A DNA stretch of 64,000 nucleotides from Spirochaetota bacterium (GTDB lineage: Bacteria; Spirochaetota; UBA4802; UBA5368), in NCBI GenBank assembly GCA_004297825.1, contig SCSX01000084.1, positions 42,862 to 106,861 of the forward strand. Direction: 5' to 3'. Position numbers and translations under genes: made by a program. Below the pieces are notes generated by a model, which was not told where the DNA came from, did not search any database, and saw only the letters and a program-made list of their open reading frames with translations. Below are positions 34,828-44,546 of this stretch, piece by piece; the stretch's first letter is position 1, and the number at the start of each line of letters is the position of its first letter.

Positions 34828-36438
34828 TTACAGGATGAAATCCGTGGACAGGAAGTTGGACTTCCTGTTGCGCACGATGTCCCGGATGATGTCGTTGTTA
34901 AGCTCGCCGCCCTTGGCCGCGACGACAGCCCTGATGGAGAACACCCTCAGCGCGTCCGTCACGGAGAGCGTTCCCTCGGCCGAATCCTTCCTGCCCCCGA
35001 AGGGGAACGTGTCCGGGCCCCGCTGGCACTGGCTGTTGATGTTCACGCGGCAGACCTGGTTCACCAGGGGGTCGATAAGCCTCGCCATCGTGTCGCTGTC
35101 CCTCCCGAAAATGGAAAGCTGCTGCCCAAAGAACGACCCGATGACGTACTCGATGGGATCTTCGATGTCGTCGAAGGGGACGATGGGCACTACCGGGCCG
35201 AATTGCTCCTCGTGGTACACCCGCATCGTTTCGTTTACCGGGTAGAGCGCCGCGGGACGGAAGAGTGTCCCGGCAAAAGTTCCCCCCGCGCCGTTGGCGA
35301 TCTTTGCGCCTTGTTCGACAGCGTCGGCGACGAGCCCCGCCAGGTAGCCCGTCTTGCCGGGCTCCGGGAGCGGGGTGATCGAGACCCCTTCCTCCCAGGG
35401 CATGCCCGCCTTGAGCGAATCCAGCGCCGCGCAGTACCGCTTTAAATAGTCGTCGGCGATATCCCGGTGGACGAAGATGATCTTGAGCGCCGTGCAGCGC
35501 TGGCCGTTGAACGAGAGCGAACCGGTGATCGTTTCGCGCACCGCCAGGTCCAGGTCGGCGTCGGGGAGGAGGATCGCGGGATTTTTCGCCCCCATCCCGA
35601 GCGCGCACCTGAGACGGTGGGGTTTCGGATGCTGCGTCTTTAAAATATCGGCCACCCGGTGCGAGCCGATAAAGGCGAGCACGTCGATCCTGCCCGATTT
35701 CATGAGGGGGGTTACCACCGTGGCGCCGTCGCCGTAGATGACGTTGATAACACCGGGTGGAAACGAATCCCGGAAGGCCGTGAGCAGCGGCTCGTACAGG
35801 AGGACGCCGAACCGGGGCGGTTTTAGGATCAGGCTGTTTCCCATGATAAGGGCGGGGATGAGGGTCGTGAACGTCTCGTTGAGCGGATAATTGAAGGGCC
35901 CCATGCAGAGCACGACCCCCAGGGGCGCCCGGCGGATCTGGGCGACGATGCCCTCGGTTATGGTGAATCGGGACGATACCCGGTCCAGCTCCTTGAGCGC
36001 GTCTATCGTGTCGACGATATAGGCGACGGTCCGGTCGAATTCTTTGGCCGAATCGGCATGGCTTTTGCCGATCTCCCACATGAGGAGCCGTATAACCTCC
36101 TCCCTTTTTTCCTTCATCCTGTCCGCGAAGGCCTGGACGCAGCGTATCCGCTCTTCCACCGCCATGGTAGGCCACTGCCCGCGGCCGCTGTTGTACGCGA
36201 GGACCGCGGCGTCAAGCGCCTCCATGGATTCCTTCTCCGTGCAGGAGGGGAAGCTGCCGATAACACGCGGCTCGAGCGTCTTTCCGTTTCTCATGCACAC
36301 TGGGGAACAGACCTCCTCGGCGGGTCCGTTCCAGGGTTTCAGCTCGCCGCCGCACAGGTAGTGCCGCTGGTGGAGCGGGGCGATGTCGTGCTTTTCCGGA
36401 ACGTCCTCGATTCGGGGAAATAAATCGGCCAGGTCCAT
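34828..36438 (-). CDS. Aldehyde dehydrogenase family protein (GapN-like non-phosphorylating type)
   Basis: ALDH signatures (catalytic Cys in FNGQRCTAL, Glu in ..GAKNPAI.., GSFFGQQLS). Start chosen at MDLADLF. Confidence 0.8.
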   Translation of the reverse strand: MDLADLFPRIEDVPEKHDIAPLHQRHYLCGGELKPWNGPAEEVCSPVCMRNGKTLEPRVIGSFPSCTEKESMEALDAAVLAYNSGRGQWPTMAVEERIRCVQAFADRMKEKREEVIRLLMWEIGKSHADSAKEFDRTVAYIVDTIDALKELDRVSSRFTITEGIVAQIRRAPLGVVLCMGPFNYPLNETFTTLIPALIMGNSLILKPPRFGVLLYEPLLTAFRDSFPPGVINVIYGDGATVVTPLMKSGRIDVLAFIGSHRVADILKTQHPKPHRLRCALGMGAKNPAILLPDADLDLAVRETITGSLSFNGQRCTALKIIFVHRDIADDYLKRYCAALDSLKAGMPWEEGVSITPLPEPGKTGYLAGLVADAVEQGAKIANGAGGTFAGTLFRPAALYPVNETMRVYHEEQFGPVVPIVPFDDIEDPIEYVIGSFFGQQLSIFGRDSDTMARLIDPLVNQVCRVNINSQCQRGPDTFPFGGRKDSAEGTLSVTDALRVFSIRAVVAAKGGELNNDIIRDIVRNRKSNFLSTDFIL

Positions 36439-36614
36439 GGTATCCTCGTGGTGGTGGAATATGGTGCGCACTTCAAGTAATGAGGGCGGGGAGCGGCAAT
36501 ATCAAGAAAAATTACGCAGGTTACTATATCACCGAACCCCCCAAAATTATTTCCCTTGCTTTCGCCTCTAAATTATCCTATACATGCTTCACTACCATTC
36601 TGCAGGGAGGAACA

Positions 36615-38033
36615 ATGAAACGATACCTTGGAGCCTTTGTCGTCGCATGCGCGATCTTTGTATGCGGGGATCTCTTCGCATGGGACAACCACATGATGTT
36701 TTCGAAGCTTATCTTCTCCCGCGACACCGGATTAAGCGAGAAGGTCAAGGCCGAAAGCCTCCAGGCGTTCATCGAGGCCGAGAAGAAGAATATCGCCGCG
36801 ATGCTCGGGGAGGACGAGGCATGGCTGCGTGCCAACCTCGCATCCTACGCCCCGCTGCCCGATTCCCTCGTGTTCAAGGGATCTGCATCCGGTGAGGCCC
36901 TGCGCAGGGAATTCTTCCAGGCCCTGCGCATAAATCCCGGGCTTCCCTGCCCGCTGTACCTGCAGCTCATGCCCGGTGAGCGCCACACCCGCGCCGCGCT
37001 TCCCCATCGCGCGGTCGCGACCTATGACTTCGATATTCCCAACCCGCCGTTCGAGAAGCTGAACGAGGGGGAGATGCTCGGTTCCGTGGACGTGCTGGCG
37101 ACCGCCACCGATGAACCGGACTACGGCCTGGACCTGGGCTTATACGAAGACAACAATACCGCGTGGGGAAAAACCTACGGGTTCGGAACCCAGCCCTTCG
37201 GGAATCCCGTCTATGCATTCGGGACGCAGGCGCCTTTTCACATGGCGTTTTACCATGAAAACTTCATCATCAACCTGGCGGCCTCGTTCATCAAGCGGGC
37301 AAGCGTCGAATACCGGTTCCACGAATTCAGTTCGCTTGCCGCACTGGCGTTCAAGACGGGGCACCCGTATTGGGGATACCGGTTCGCCGGCTGGGCCCTG
37401 CACTACGTTCAGGACGCGGCGCAATTGTATCACGCGGTCATGCTTCCCGGCATCTCCACGTACAGGCTCCTCAGGGCCGTCATCCTCAAGGACGACCAGG
37501 ACAAGAATCTGCTTCTCTCCGAGGTATCCAACAAGCATGTCGTCTACGAGGACTACCAGTACGACGCCATGAAAGCACTTACCGGAAGCGGGGATTTCAA
37601 GAACTCGATCCTCGCCGCCCTGACGGACGTGAACCACGACAAGGAGGTTCCGGAATTTTACGAACAGTATATGAGGGATGTCGTGACCGCCGGGGTCGCG
37701 GGCAGAAGATCCCGTACCGATACCACCATCGTACGGTCGTTCCCGGCCCGTTACATCTCCGACCCGTCCTATATCTACGCCACCACGGAACCGGGCATCG
37801 ACCTGTACGCGTTCCTTAAAGCAGCGCCCGAAAAGCAAAAAGAAATGGACGCGGAATTGAGCCTCGTCTTTCGCGACATGGGCTCCTATTCAAGGAAATA
37901 TATTTCCTGGCTCAAAGCCGGTCGCCCCGCGGGCGGCGCGGGCGGCGGATCGCTGACATGGATGATCGGGGCCGCGGCGGTTCTTGTGCTCCTGGCGGCG
38001 TACCTCGTGATGCGCAGGCGGAAGGCCGCGTGA
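36615..38033 (+). CDS. Secreted putative zinc-dependent phospholipase C / S1-P1 nuclease-superfamily protein with C-terminal membrane anchor
   Basis: Signal peptide, then a mature N-terminus of W-x-x-H type (FAWDNHMM). An H-x3-D-x5-H block (HYVQDAAQLYH) resembles the P1/PLC zinc site. C-terminal Gly-rich linker, TM helix and RRRK. GGAGGAA RBS. Confidence 0.4.
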   Translation: MKRYLGAFVVACAIFVCGDLFAWDNHMMFSKLIFSRDTGLSEKVKAESLQAFIEAEKKNIAAMLGEDEAWLRANLASYAPLPDSLVFKGSASGEALRREFFQALRINPGLPCPLYLQLMPGERHTRAALPHRAVATYDFDIPNPPFEKLNEGEMLGSVDVLATATDEPDYGLDLGLYEDNNTAWGKTYGFGTQPFGNPVYAFGTQAPFHMAFYHENFIINLAASFIKRASVEYRFHEFSSLAALAFKTGHPYWGYRFAGWALHYVQDAAQLYHAVMLPGISTYRLLRAVILKDDQDKNLLLSEVSNKHVVYEDYQYDAMKALTGSGDFKNSILAALTDVNHDKEVPEFYEQYMRDVVTAGVAGRRSRTDTTIVRSFPARYISDPSYIYATTEPGIDLYAFLKAAPEKQKEMDAELSLVFRDMGSYSRKYISWLKAGRPAGGAGGGSLTWMIGAAAVLVLLAAYLVMRRRKAA

Positions 38034-38173
38034 GATCGTACGGCGCCTCCTTCTGTTCGAAGCTACCCGTTACCCACATCATCAAAACCGCCTCCGGAGG
38101 CCCCCTAAATCCCCCGGAGGGGGACTTCAGCAACCTGCAGAAAATGCATTTTCCATCCTTGGCAGATGTCGTT

Positions 38174-38210
38174 GCCCCCCACCGGGGGGTATGGGGGGCG
38201 TTTTATTTTA
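38174..38210 (+). terminator. Rho-independent terminator candidate
   Basis: GCCCCCCACCGGGGGG..GGGGGGCG followed by TTTTATTTT. Confidence 0.5.
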
Positions 38211-38307
38211 CTTGCGGGCAATGGGTAGCTGTTCGAAGGGGGAGGCGCCTGGCCGCATCGACGCCGCTAGGTAAAGTTATCGGACAGGCTGCTTATTAAA
38301 GAAGGTA

Positions 38308-38391
38308 TGCCGAAGGAGGGACTTGAACCCTCATGGAGTTGCCCCCGGCGGATTTTGAGTCCGCTGCGTCTACCAGTTTCACCACTTCGGC
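38308..38391 (-). tRNA. tRNA-Leu (anticodon CAA)
   Basis: Folded by hand. Acceptor GCCGAAG/CUUCGGC, D-arm GUG..CGC, anticodon stem GCGGA/UCCGC with loop CUCAAAA, long variable arm, T-arm GAGGG-UUCAAGU-CCCUC, discriminator A. CCA is not encoded. Confidence 0.85.
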
Positions 38392-38403
38392 GTTGGGTGT
38401 TTT

Positions 38404-38820
38404 CTATTCGGGTTGGGGGAGGTCGTCGACCTCGATGTACTTGCCCTTGGCGCGGGCGACGATCTTGCCCATCTCGTTCTCGATCTCCGCGCGATTTTCT
38501 ATTATACGCTTGTTCTTCTTGACGTACCAGCCCCGGATATAGAGGTTTTCCTTGATGAAGGCCGGCTGGAGATAGCGGATGGTGAGCTCCCCCGTGAGTG
38601 TCATGATGTCCATGTACTTGTTCACGGTGATCATGGTCTCGTCCAGGAGCGAGGCTATGACGCCCGCGTGGATGATATTGGGCGGTCCCTCCAGGGTCTG
38701 GACGGCCGCATACTCCCCATACGCGGTTTTCGTGTCTTCATCGAATTTGAGTTTGAGCCTGAGGCCGCACTCGTTGTCGGCGCCGCAGCCGAAACATGTC
38801 TTATCTTCAAATTCAATCAT
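38404..38820 (-). CDS. Hotdog-fold acyl-CoA thioesterase (PaaI/4HBT-like)
   Basis: 138 aa from MIEFEDK. HAGVIASLLDE matches the HGG..D thioesterase motif. An alternative start lies 9 nt upstream (MRAM). Confidence 0.6.
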   Translation of the reverse strand: MIEFEDKTCFGCGADNECGLRLKLKFDEDTKTAYGEYAAVQTLEGPPNIIHAGVIASLLDETMITVNKYMDIMTLTGELTIRYLQPAFIKENLYIRGWYVKKNKRIIENRAEIENEMGKIVARAKGKYIEVDDLPQPE

Positions 38821-38914
38821 AGCGCGCATCCTTAAATAATGGACTTTTTTTGTCAAATACTTTTTGACTACCGAGGGGGAGACGCACGGGCCCCGATTGT
38901 ACGCGGCGCATGCC

Positions 38915-39211
38915 TTATTTCCCGGCGTTCTTGCTGCCAATCTTGGCGAGCAGCATATCGATCTCTTCCTGGTCGAGCCATTCGTCGACATGCGTGGGCT
39001 TGTTCCCGGTCACCATCAGGAACATCTCCATGGCCATGATGAGGTCTTCCTTCGTGAGGACCCCCGTCGTGACCAGGATCTCGCCGATAAGCCGCTCCGG
39101 GTTGTCTTTCTGCAATGCAAGCGCCTCGTCCAGCTGTCCCCTGGAGATGAGTCCGTTCTCCATGAGGAATTCGCCCACCCTGACGTCTTTATGCTGCCCG
39201 TTAGTTTCCAT
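38915..39211 (-). CDS. Standalone MshEN (T2SS-E N-terminal) domain protein, probable c-di-GMP binder
   Basis: 98 aa. RVGEFLMENGLISRGQLDEALALQKD..RLIGEILVTTGVLTKEDL fits the MshEN c-di-GMP-binding motif RLGxxLLxxGxIxxxxLxxALxxQ, present twice. Confidence 0.6.
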   Translation of the reverse strand: METNGQHKDVRVGEFLMENGLISRGQLDEALALQKDNPERLIGEILVTTGVLTKEDLIMAMEMFLMVTGNKPTHVDEWLDQEEIDMLLAKIGSKNAGK

Positions 39212-39446
39212 GGAACGCTCCGGTTGATCGTGTCCGGGACCGAGTTGCGTGACGCGCATGCACCGGCGCATGGCTGAGACCATAGACGCCGGCGGCTCCT
39301 GCTCACACAGACTGAAGTATATTCAGTCAATTTTCGAAAGTCAAGTTTAAAAATTATTGACTGATAACACATTATGGTCATATTTACACGAGGCTGTGAA
39401 GCGCGCATTTTCCCGGATTCGTGCGCGGGACAGGCCGGCAGGGGAT

Positions 39447-40070
39447 ATGAAGAATCGCATTCCAGGCTTACAACGTATGGCGCCGATGCTCGTGCTCGCG
39501 TGCGCTCTGCTCGCAGCAGGCGCGCATGCGGCGAGGGTGGAGCCCGCGTACGTGGGCACGCCGCGCTGCAAGGTCTGCCACGATTCCGAAAACATAGGAA
39601 ACCAGTACCGCATCTGGGCGCTCTCCCCGCATTCGAAGGCCTACCAGATACTCGCCGGGGAGCGGGGCAAGGCGGTGGCGGCGCGGAACGGGGTCGAAAA
39701 CGCGCAGGAAAACGCGGCCTGCCTCAAGTGCCACACGACGGGAGGCGGCGAGAGCGGGAAGACCATCCCCGAGGGCGTGGGCTGCGAGGCCTGCCACGGT
39801 CCCGGGAGCCTCTACAAGGATTTTTCGAGCCACGCGACCATGGGAAGCGGTGAGCGGCCCTACCAGAAGTCCGTGTACAGAAGGGCGATCGCGCTGGGAA
39901 TGAAGCCCGTGCTGGGACCCGACGCGGTGAAGGCGCGCGAGAAGCTCTGCACCGCGTGCCATTCGATCGAGCGCCCCTGCGCCCCCGAGGACGGCGAGCT
40001 GCGCAAGCGCCAGCAACTCCCCCTGCAGGCCATCGCCGACATCCCGTTCAGCCACCCCGTCCGCAGGTAG
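39447..40070 (+). CDS. Periplasmic tetraheme c-type cytochrome
   Basis: 207 aa. Signal peptide and four CxxCH motifs (CKVCH, CLKCH, CEACH, CTACH). Confidence 0.8.
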   Translation: MKNRIPGLQRMAPMLVLACALLAAGAHAARVEPAYVGTPRCKVCHDSENIGNQYRIWALSPHSKAYQILAGERGKAVAARNGVENAQENAACLKCHTTGGGESGKTIPEGVGCEACHGPGSLYKDFSSHATMGSGERPYQKSVYRRAIALGMKPVLGPDAVKAREKLCTACHSIERPCAPEDGELRKRQQLPLQAIADIPFSHPVRR

Positions 40071-41031
40071 GCTTTTTCTCCTGGTCGATCCCCATCCAGC
40101 GCAGGCCTTGGGCTCTCAGGAGCAGGGCCTGCAATTCCCGGTTAATGTCGCATAACGGAAGATAAGCCTCGTCGGACATCGCGTTTTCCATGGAGAACGC
40201 GTCCATCCCCATGGTATGGTATATCCGCGCGAGCGGCTCGCGCACGAGGTGGATGTTGCCGGTGAACTCGATCTCGCGGTTGAGGCGGTCGACGAGCACG
40301 AAGAGCTGCTTGCGGAAAAGCAGGTTCGCGAGGTATCCCAGTATCTCGCGAGGGGACATGACCGCGCGCGCGATCCGGTTGAGGCCCGATATCAGCTCGT
40401 GCACGTACAGGCCCTCGCGCATGTCCTTGTACGGGTAGAAGGGGACGCGTTTCGCGTCCCCGCCCGCGAGCGCCCTGCGGATGAACGATGCGAGGTCGAG
40501 GCCCGGCGCCCCCATACTCAACAGCACGCCCTGGAAATCCCGACCCTGGATGCGGGCGAAAAGATCATCGGCCCCCGCGCACACGACGGCCTCGCAGCCG
40601 AAGCGTTCGATCACCTCCGTGAGCACCCGTGCGAAGCAGGGGTCCGGTTCCAGGATCGCGAACGAGCCGCAGGCAGCGCCGGGTTTTTCTGCGATCGCGG
40701 CGAGAATATCGGCGAGGTTGGCGTCGGGTTGGGGACGCAGGAGGTCGGCGATGCCGTTCCGGAGCATGAACGCGCACAGGTCGTCGGCGGGAAGCGGGGA
40801 AAGGAGCACGGTCCGCGCCCCCGCTTCCCTCAAACGGCTTGCCGTGTCCTTGTGGGTGCCGGTCTCTTCCCGCATCTCGAAGAGCGCGAGAGAACCGGCG
40901 GGTAGCTCTCCGGGAACGGACGGCAGGTCGCCCGGCGCGGGGTCGAGCGCGGACACGGAGAAGCCCGCGCGGGAGAGGCGATCGCCCAGCGCGGGGTTGT
41001 TCCGGGTTATGAGCAGGATGTCTCTCATGTG
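40048..41031 (-). CDS. Hypothetical protein with two degenerate receiver-like (pseudo-REC) domains
   Basis: ILLIT.. and ..FAILEPD.. beta-alpha repeats without the phospho-acceptor DD/D residues. The 3' end overlaps the cytochrome gene by 23 nt (convergent). Confidence 0.35.
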   Translation of the reverse strand, partial: HMRDILLITRNNPALGDRLSRAGFSVSALDPAPGDLPSVPGELPAGSLALFEMREETGTHKDTASRLREAGARTVLLSPLPADDLCAFMLRNGIADLLRPQPDANLADILAAIAEKPGAACGSFAILEPDPCFARVLTEVIERFGCEAVVCAGADDLFARIQGRDFQGVLLSMGAPGLDLASFIRRALAGGDAKRVPFYPYKDMREGLYVHELISGLNRIARAVMSPREILGYLANLLFRKQLFVLVDRLNREIEFTGNIHLVREPLARIYHTMGMDAFSMENAMSDEAYLPLCDINRELQALLLRAQGLRWMGIDQEKKPTCGRGG

Positions 41032-41470
41032 CGGTACGCGCGCGCGCGAAGGATGTGAATTCGAAGCGATCCGCGGCGCCGGGTTTGCGTGCACCACGGG
41101 GGTGACTGCGCGGTGACGCCCTGCAATCCCCGAATGTGCGGCGGGCGTTTCACTTCCGGCAGACCCGCGCATCGGCGCCCGATATTTTTAAAATCACGTT
41201 CGATAACCGCGCGTTCCGGCAGTGCGGGAGAAGCGAGTGAAAAAACACGGCCTTATGCGGGTTATTCTCAACCACGATCCGGTCCCCTGCGCCGGTCACC
41301 GCGAAGGAAAAAACGCTCGGCATGGTGAATGATAGCATGGATGCGGTTCCTTTTTTTATTTTTCCGGGATGATCCACGTATCTATAGAGAGGAAAGCGCT
41401 ATGTCAATGAGAAAATCGACCGGGCATCGAGGCTGCATGGCACGGTTTTCGAATTGACTTTCGCCGCGAC

Positions 41471-42097
41471 ATGCGTCCTCATGAGCGGCAGCACTACAGT
41501 GGAGGTTTATTCGTGGACAGCGTTAAAAAATATCTTTTCGTCGAGAAGCTTCTTCCCCGCGTCTCCCAGGCGGGATTTTTCATCACGGCGTTCGCCTGGT
41601 TCATGCGCGCAAGCGCCGTACTCACGGGCCTGGGCGTTCTCGCGGTGTGGGTTTTGCTCTGGGCCCGTATCGGGGACCTCGACTGGCTGGGGATTATCGG
41701 CGGCGTGCTGGGGCAGATACTCATCCTGGTGTTCGGGTATACGGCCGTGCACATCCAGCTCCTGCGCGCGCGGGACGTCGCGGCGCTCCCGCACGCGGCG
41801 GATTACCGGGTGATACCCATCGTCGTCATCTTCATGAAAACCTGCGGGGAGGTGCTGGCCGCCTTCTTTTTAATCGGAGGAATGGTCCTGGGAATCTTCG
41901 TATGGTGCGCGGGAATGATCCCGGCGCGCCTGCCGGGATTCGGGTATTCCGGCACCGGGGCGATGGGTGGTTTCATGTTCATACTGGTGGGCGTGGTCCA
42001 GGGTTTCCTGGTGCTGTTCTTCGCGCACTTCATCGCGGAGCAGACCGGTGTGTTCGTCGATATAGCGCGGAATACGAGGAAGGAGGACCGGCCATGA
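41471..42097 (+). CDS. Hypothetical integral membrane protein
   Basis: About 5 TM helices. The stop overlaps the next gene's start (ATGA). Confidence 0.45.
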   Translation: MRPHERQHYSGGLFVDSVKKYLFVEKLLPRVSQAGFFITAFAWFMRASAVLTGLGVLAVWVLLWARIGDLDWLGIIGGVLGQILILVFGYTAVHIQLLRARDVAALPHAADYRVIPIVVIFMKTCGEVLAAFFLIGGMVLGIFVWCAGMIPARLPGFGYSGTGAMGGFMFILVGVVQGFLVLFFAHFIAEQTGVFVDIARNTRKEDRP

Positions 42098-42567
42098 CGG
42101 GAGCGGGCAGGCTGGGATCATTCGCGCTCAACTCGCTCGACAGCGCCCTCACCGCGCTCTCGGGCGCGGCGGGGGGACTCCTGCTCGTTCAGTTCCCCCA
42201 GTTCCTCGCACAGTACCTGCAGCGGCTGGGCGGCCATATCGACGAGGCGACCCTCTCTGCCGCGAAATTCAAGCTTCCCGAGCTCGCCGCCCGGGCCCAG
42301 GAGCTCAAGGCCGGGCTCGACGCGATATCGGACGCCCCGGTCTTATGGAAGCTTGCGTCTTTCATTTATCACGCCCAATGGGATATCGCGAAGGCAGCGT
42401 ACAAGAATTTTACGCCCGGCATGACCTTCAACGACGCGGGCCTGCTCTACTTTCTGTGCGGCCTGGCCGCGGGGCTGGTCCTGTACGGCGCGCTCAAGGC
42501 GCTCGGGAAAAAAATGCTGGCGCCGGTATTCACCGGAAAAACGGCACGGGCGCGGGGCGCCGATTAG
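42094..42567 (+). CDS. DUF2937-family protein
   Basis: N-terminal LLVQFPQFLAQYLQRLGGHIDEA resembles the DUF2937 consensus (..P.F..QY.QR...H). C-terminal hydrophobic helix. Confidence 0.5.
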   Translation: MTGAGRLGSFALNSLDSALTALSGAAGGLLLVQFPQFLAQYLQRLGGHIDEATLSAAKFKLPELAARAQELKAGLDAISDAPVLWKLASFIYHAQWDIAKAAYKNFTPGMTFNDAGLLYFLCGLAAGLVLYGALKALGKKMLAPVFTGKTARARGAD

Positions 42568-42788
42568 CCGGGTTTCCGGTATGTGCGCTTCAGCCTTGAA
42601 TACGAGCTGCCCGCATTCCAATTATTTATTTGCTTTTTAAACCGGACGGGTATAAAAAACATTACCGATTCGGCTTCCCTTGACCCGGGGGCGCCGGGGA
42701 TTCCGGCACAGGACCATGTCCATTACATCCCCCGCGCATGCCGTTCGCGGCCCGTGCGGGGAAAAAAATTCGACCAGGAGAAACCATC

Positions 42789-43850
42789 ATGAAGCGAGGC
42801 ATTCGACTCCTTATCCCCCTGTTCATCCTAATGCTGGCGGCAAGCGCCGGCCCCGTCACCGCCGCGGATATGTTCGTCAAGGACGTCGACCACGACGGCT
42901 TCCCGGACGACCTGGAGATCAAAACTAAGAACGATCCCAAGGTGAACGAGGCGCTTAAAAAAAGCACGGCGGGCGGGAAATGCGGTGTCATAAAAACGGA
43001 CCTTTTAAAGATCGGCGCGGCGCAGAACGTGCTCTTGATAGTAGACGTATCGGGCAGCATGAACGAGGCCATGAGCGGCTCCACCCGCATGGAAATCGCG
43101 AAGAGGATCATGACCAAGTACGTTGACGCCCTCCCGGCTTCCATGAAGGCGGGCCTCATGACCTACGGCAACGCCGACTGCGGTGACGAGAGCATACAGC
43201 TCCTGGTTCCCCTTGCCCAGTACAACCACGACGCCCTCAAGGCGCAGATCGCGGCGCTCGAGCCGCGGGGCTCCACGCCCATAGCGCTTGCGATTGCGAA
43301 GGCCATGGAGTTCCTCAAGGGGCTCGAGCGAGAGAACAACAGCATGATTATCGTAAGCGACGGCCAGGAAAGCTGCGGCGGGGATCCCATCAAGGCGATC
43401 ACCGACCTGAGGGAAAGCGGCGCGAGCCCGGAGGTCACGGTTATCGGTCTCGGGGTGGATGCGAACACGCGCAAGCAGCTCGCGAAGATCGCCGCGTCGT
43501 CGGAAGGCGTCTACGAGGACGTAAAGACCGAAGAAGACCTCGTGAAGGCGTTCGGCAATTTCTTCAAGAAGCTCTCGGGCATGTACAAGGATATCGTGTG
43601 TATCGTGCGCCAGTACAACGTTTACCTTTCCAACGAGACCGACCAGTTCAACACGAGCAAGAACTATATCCTGAAGGCCTCCACCATGTCCAAGGACGAC
43701 ACGCTCACGGCCGCTTTAAAAAATGTTCAGGCGCGCATAGAGCAGAACCATGCGGACCGGGTGGCCGCGCAGAACAAGCTGAACGAGATGATAAAGAACA
43801 AGCTCGACGAAATGGAACTGTCGACGAAGGCGTTCATCGGCACCAAATAA
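42789..43850 (+). CDS. Secreted von Willebrand factor type A (VWA) domain protein
   Basis: Signal peptide. MIDAS motif DVSGSM, plus further VWA-domain signatures (..T.., ..SDG..). Confidence 0.75.
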   Translation: MKRGIRLLIPLFILMLAASAGPVTAADMFVKDVDHDGFPDDLEIKTKNDPKVNEALKKSTAGGKCGVIKTDLLKIGAAQNVLLIVDVSGSMNEAMSGSTRMEIAKRIMTKYVDALPASMKAGLMTYGNADCGDESIQLLVPLAQYNHDALKAQIAALEPRGSTPIALAIAKAMEFLKGLERENNSMIIVSDGQESCGGDPIKAITDLRESGASPEVTVIGLGVDANTRKQLAKIAASSEGVYEDVKTEEDLVKAFGNFFKKLSGMYKDIVCIVRQYNVYLSNETDQFNTSKNYILKASTMSKDDTLTAALKNVQARIEQNHADRVAAQNKLNEMIKNKLDEMELSTKAFIGTK

Positions 43851-43998
43851 AGTTCCCGTGACGGGACGGGCGCCGCGCCGGGATGGGCGCTGCGAACGCA
43901 CCGTGTTAATCTACGCGAATGGCCTTCGGCCGCGCTGAAACACGGCGCGGCCTTCCCATTTAAAAGATGTAACGTAATGAATATGCTTCCGCGGAGGC

Positions 43999-44541
43999 GT
44001 GCGAGAGATGGCGCTCGATCGATGGAAAACCCTGTCCACTAAGCTGGTAATAAGAAATCCCTGGTGGAGCTATATCTTGGATACCGTGCGGGGCGCGGGA
44101 GGACGAGAGGGAGAATACCATTTCGTCCGCACCCCCGGTTCCGTGATAATCGTTCCCGTGCGCGACGACGGCGCGATCGTCATGGTGCGCCAGTACCGGT
44201 ACCTCATGGAGCGCGAGAGCCTGGAATTCCCCGCGGGCGGCATGAAGGAAGGGGAGGCCCCCGCGGAGCGCGCGCGCCGGGAACTGATTGAGGAAACGGG
44301 AATGGATGGGAGTATCGAATTCGTTGGAAGGTTCAATCCCTGCAAGGGAATTATCGATGAATGGTCCCACGTATTCATCGCACGGGACCTGATGCCGTCG
44401 AATGAATTCCACAAAGATGATTCCGAAGAGTTCGAGATCGACGCGCATCAACCAAGTGAAATCGATCGCATGATCCGGGAAAATGAAATCGCGGATGGAA
44501 TGACTATGGCCGCATGGGCCATGGTCGCGGGAAAAGTGTAA
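43999..44541 (+). CDS. NUDIX hydrolase (ADP-ribose pyrophosphatase-like)
   Basis: Nudix box GGMKEGEAPAERARRELIEETG (G-x5-E-x7-REUxEExGU). Confidence 0.8.
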   Translation: MREMALDRWKTLSTKLVIRNPWWSYILDTVRGAGGREGEYHFVRTPGSVIIVPVRDDGAIVMVRQYRYLMERESLEFPAGGMKEGEAPAERARRELIEETGMDGSIEFVGRFNPCKGIIDEWSHVFIARDLMPSNEFHKDDSEEFEIDAHQPSEIDRMIRENEIADGMTMAAWAMVAGKV

Positions 44542-44546
44542 TAGGT

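Noticed and set aside
34898-36175. 425-aa minus ORF and other long antisense ORFs (51425-53239, 59753-60754, 13333-14292, 46360-47418)
   Set aside because: All lie antisense to well-supported genes in high-GC stretches. Their translations are low-complexity and no domains are recognisable.
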